Of a stretch of DNA of 38,242 nucleotides, positions 36,342-38,242 are shown piece by piece. The notes beneath the pieces were generated by a model that was not told the origin of the DNA, made no database searches, and was given only the letters and a program-made list of their open reading frames with translations. The number at the start of each line of letters is the position of its first letter. The first letter of the stretch is position 1. The position numbers and the translations under genes are program-made. Source of the stretch: a virus (taxonomy: Duplodnaviria; Caudoviricetes); the IMG/VR virus record IMGVR_UViG_3300032320_000142, positions 1 through 38,242 of that record, one strand, 5' to 3'.

Positions 36342-37433
36342 ATGTTGGATGCACTTAAATCATTATTCGAGAACAATGTGATTTCTGAAGAAATCAAAGC
36401 AGACATCGAATCTGCTTGGAATGCTAGAATCGCTGAAAACCGCGAACAGGCTACTCAACAACTACGCGAAGAATTCGCACAAAAATACGAACACGACAAA
36501 CAAACAATGATCGAAGCAATCGACACAATGATTGAAGATCGTTTGTCAGTAGAAATCCAAGAATTTGCAGAAGATCGTACACAGTTAGCAGAGGCAAAAG
36601 CTCGCTATGCTGTGGCTATCCGCGAACATTCTAGCAGACTTAATGAGTTCGTAATTCAATCATTGGCTACAGAAATTTCTGAACTTCATGAAGATCAGAA
36701 AGTCATGGCTGAGAATTTTGGCAAGTTAGAGCAGTTTGTAGTCGAAGCATTGGCTAAGGAAATTGCAGACTTCTACGATGACAAGAAAGATTTGGCTGAA
36801 ACCAAAGTTCGTCTTGTTAAAGAAGCAAAAGAACAGTTTGCTCAACTTAAGAGCAAATTTATCAAGACTTCAGCAGAACTTGTTGAATCTGTTGTTAAAC
36901 AAGGTCTTGAAACAGAAATTAATCAACTTAAAGAAGATATTGATCAAGCTCGTCAAAACGATTTTGGTCGTAAGATCTTCGAAGCATTTACAACAGAATA
37001 CCAAAATAGTCTACACAATGAAAAGAGTGAGACTAGTAAACTGTTAAAAGTAATTGCAGAAAAAGAACAAAAACTCGCAGAAGCACAAAGCATCATTTCA
37101 CAAAAACAATCATTAGTTGAAAGCACACAGCAAGAAATTGCTCGCGCACAAGAAACTGCTGAGCGTCGTGAAGTAATGGGTGAACTTCTAAATCCTCTAA
37201 ACAAGGATCAAAGAGAAATTATGAGCGAGTTACTAGAAAGTGTGCAGACTGCAAAACTACGTACTAGTTTTGACAAGTACCTACCAGCAGTTTTGAGTGG
37301 AAGCACACCGGAGAAGAAGAAGGCACTAGTAGAGGCAAAAGAAATCACAGGCAATAAAGAAATTCATAGCATTAGTAGTGCTACAGGCCAGGCCGATGTA
37401 ATTGACATTCGTCGCCTTGCTGGATTAAAATAA
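36342..37433 (+). CDS. gp22: Prohead scaffolding protein, T4 gp22-like (363 aa)
   Basis: Long acidic coiled-coil protein between protease and capsid genes; GGGAGA RBS. Confidence 0.8.
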   Translation: MLDALKSLFENNVISEEIKADIESAWNARIAENREQATQQLREEFAQKYEHDKQTMIEAIDTMIEDRLSVEIQEFAEDRTQLAEAKARYAVAIREHSSRLNEFVIQSLATEISELHEDQKVMAENFGKLEQFVVEALAKEIADFYDDKKDLAETKVRLVKEAKEQFAQLKSKFIKTSAELVESVVKQGLETEINQLKEDIDQARQNDFGRKIFEAFTTEYQNSLHNEKSETSKLLKVIAEKEQKLAEAQSIISQKQSLVESTQQEIARAQETAERREVMGELLNPLNKDQREIMSELLESVQTAKLRTSFDKYLPAVLSGSTPEKKKALVEAKEITGNKEIHSISSATGQADVIDIRRLAGLK

Positions 37434-37443
37434 GGAGAAATTT

Positions 37444-38242
37444 ATGTCAGAACTACTAGAAAGCCGCTGGCAAGAAACTAAAGAGGCACTATTAGAAGGC
37501 CTTCAAGGTACCAAGCGTTCAGTTATGGGAGTTACTTTAGAGAATACTCGTAAGTATCTTTCAGAATCTGCAAGCGCAGGTGCTACTTCTGCCGGTAACG
37601 TCGCAACACTTAACCGCGTGATCCTTCCAGTGATCCGTCGTGTTATGCCAACAGTTATTGCCAACGAATTAGTTGGTGTACAACCAATGACTGGTCCAGT
37701 CGGTCAAATCCATACTCTACGTGTTCGTTACGCAGAGACTGGTGAATTTGCCGCTGGTACAGAAGCATTAAGCCCATTTGCAATCGCTCAGGGTTATTCT
37801 GCTAACTCATCATCTGCGACAGCTCGTGCTGCCGCTACAGCCGCACTAGAAGGTGTTGCTGGTAAGAAGATGAGCATTCAAATCTTGAAACAAACAGTTG
37901 AAGCCAAGACTCGTAAATTGTCTGCACGTTGGACATTCGAGGCTGCTCAAGATGCACAAGCCCAACAAGGTATTGACATCGAAGCAGAAATCATGGCTGC
38001 TCTTGCTCAAGAAATCACTGCTGAAATCGATCAAGAAGTTCTTGGTTCTTTAGCAACATTGGCTTCAAGCAACGGTAACAACCAAGCGTTTGACCAAGCC
38101 ACTGTAAGTGGTACAGCAACATTCGTTGGTGACGAGCATGCCGCATTGGCAGTTCTAATCAACCGTGCCGCTAACGTTATCGCACAACGCACACGTCGTG
38201 GTGCTGGTAACTGGGCTGTTGTTAGCCCATACGCATTGACAA
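37444..38242 (+). CDS. gp23: Major capsid protein, T4 gp23-like (5' part; runs off the window)
   Basis: Not in the track. AAGGAGA RBS, then ATG at 37444: MSELLESRWQETKEALLEGL...VILPVIRRVMPTVIANELVGVQPMTGPVGQIHTLRVRY...VEAKTRKLSARWTFEAAQDAQAQQGIDIEAEIMAALAQEITAEIDQE, which are classic gp23 motifs. Confidence 0.96.
   Translation, partial: MSELLESRWQETKEALLEGLQGTKRSVMGVTLENTRKYLSESASAGATSAGNVATLNRVILPVIRRVMPTVIANELVGVQPMTGPVGQIHTLRVRYAETGEFAAGTEALSPFAIAQGYSANSSSATARAAATAALEGVAGKKMSIQILKQTVEAKTRKLSARWTFEAAQDAQAQQGIDIEAEIMAALAQEITAEIDQEVLGSLATLASSNGNNQAFDQATVSGTATFVGDEHAALAVLINRAANVIAQRTRRGAGNWAVVSPYALT

Noticed and set aside
24137-38034. Short antisense or out-of-frame ORFs inside gp55, gp46, gp26, tape measure, portal, core, scaffold and capsid genes (e.g. 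35035-35556, 36763-37047, 37846-38034)
   Set aside because: Nested in well-supported genes, with low-complexity mirror translations and no independent expression signals.
1-38242. Stop-codon reassignment (no accepted gene ends in TAG)
   Set aside because: All genes are full length in the standard code with no in-frame TAG or TGA. TAG avoidance alone is not evidence of recoding.

Overview
Gene-dense, AT-rich segment of a large T4-like (contractile-tailed) phage genome, read in the standard code. Minus strand, 1-23782: tail/baseplate module (tube-initiator-like, LysM/gp53-like, hub, gp5-like spike, gp25, gp6, a 4691-aa multidomain baseplate protein and two further virion proteins). Plus strand, 23864-28213: block under sigma70-type promoters (gp55-like late sigma, gp47/gp46 Mre11-Rad50-like nuclease, a small basic protein and a stand-alone GIY-YIG nuclease). 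It is followed by a ~440-bp ORF-free, GC-enriched region with many hairpins (candidate large ncRNA plus ssDNA-type mini-hairpins). Minus strand, 28658-29748: gp26-like gene whose end carries a slippery site that opens into the downstream ORF (predicted -1 frameshift, like G/GT tail chaperones). Plus strand, 29824-end: tape-measure-like gene and head module (portal, two accessory genes, acidic core protein, gp21 protease, gp22 scaffold, partial gp23). TAAATA late-promoter motifs precede the structural genes. All family calls come from motif recognition by eye; no database search or folding program was run.
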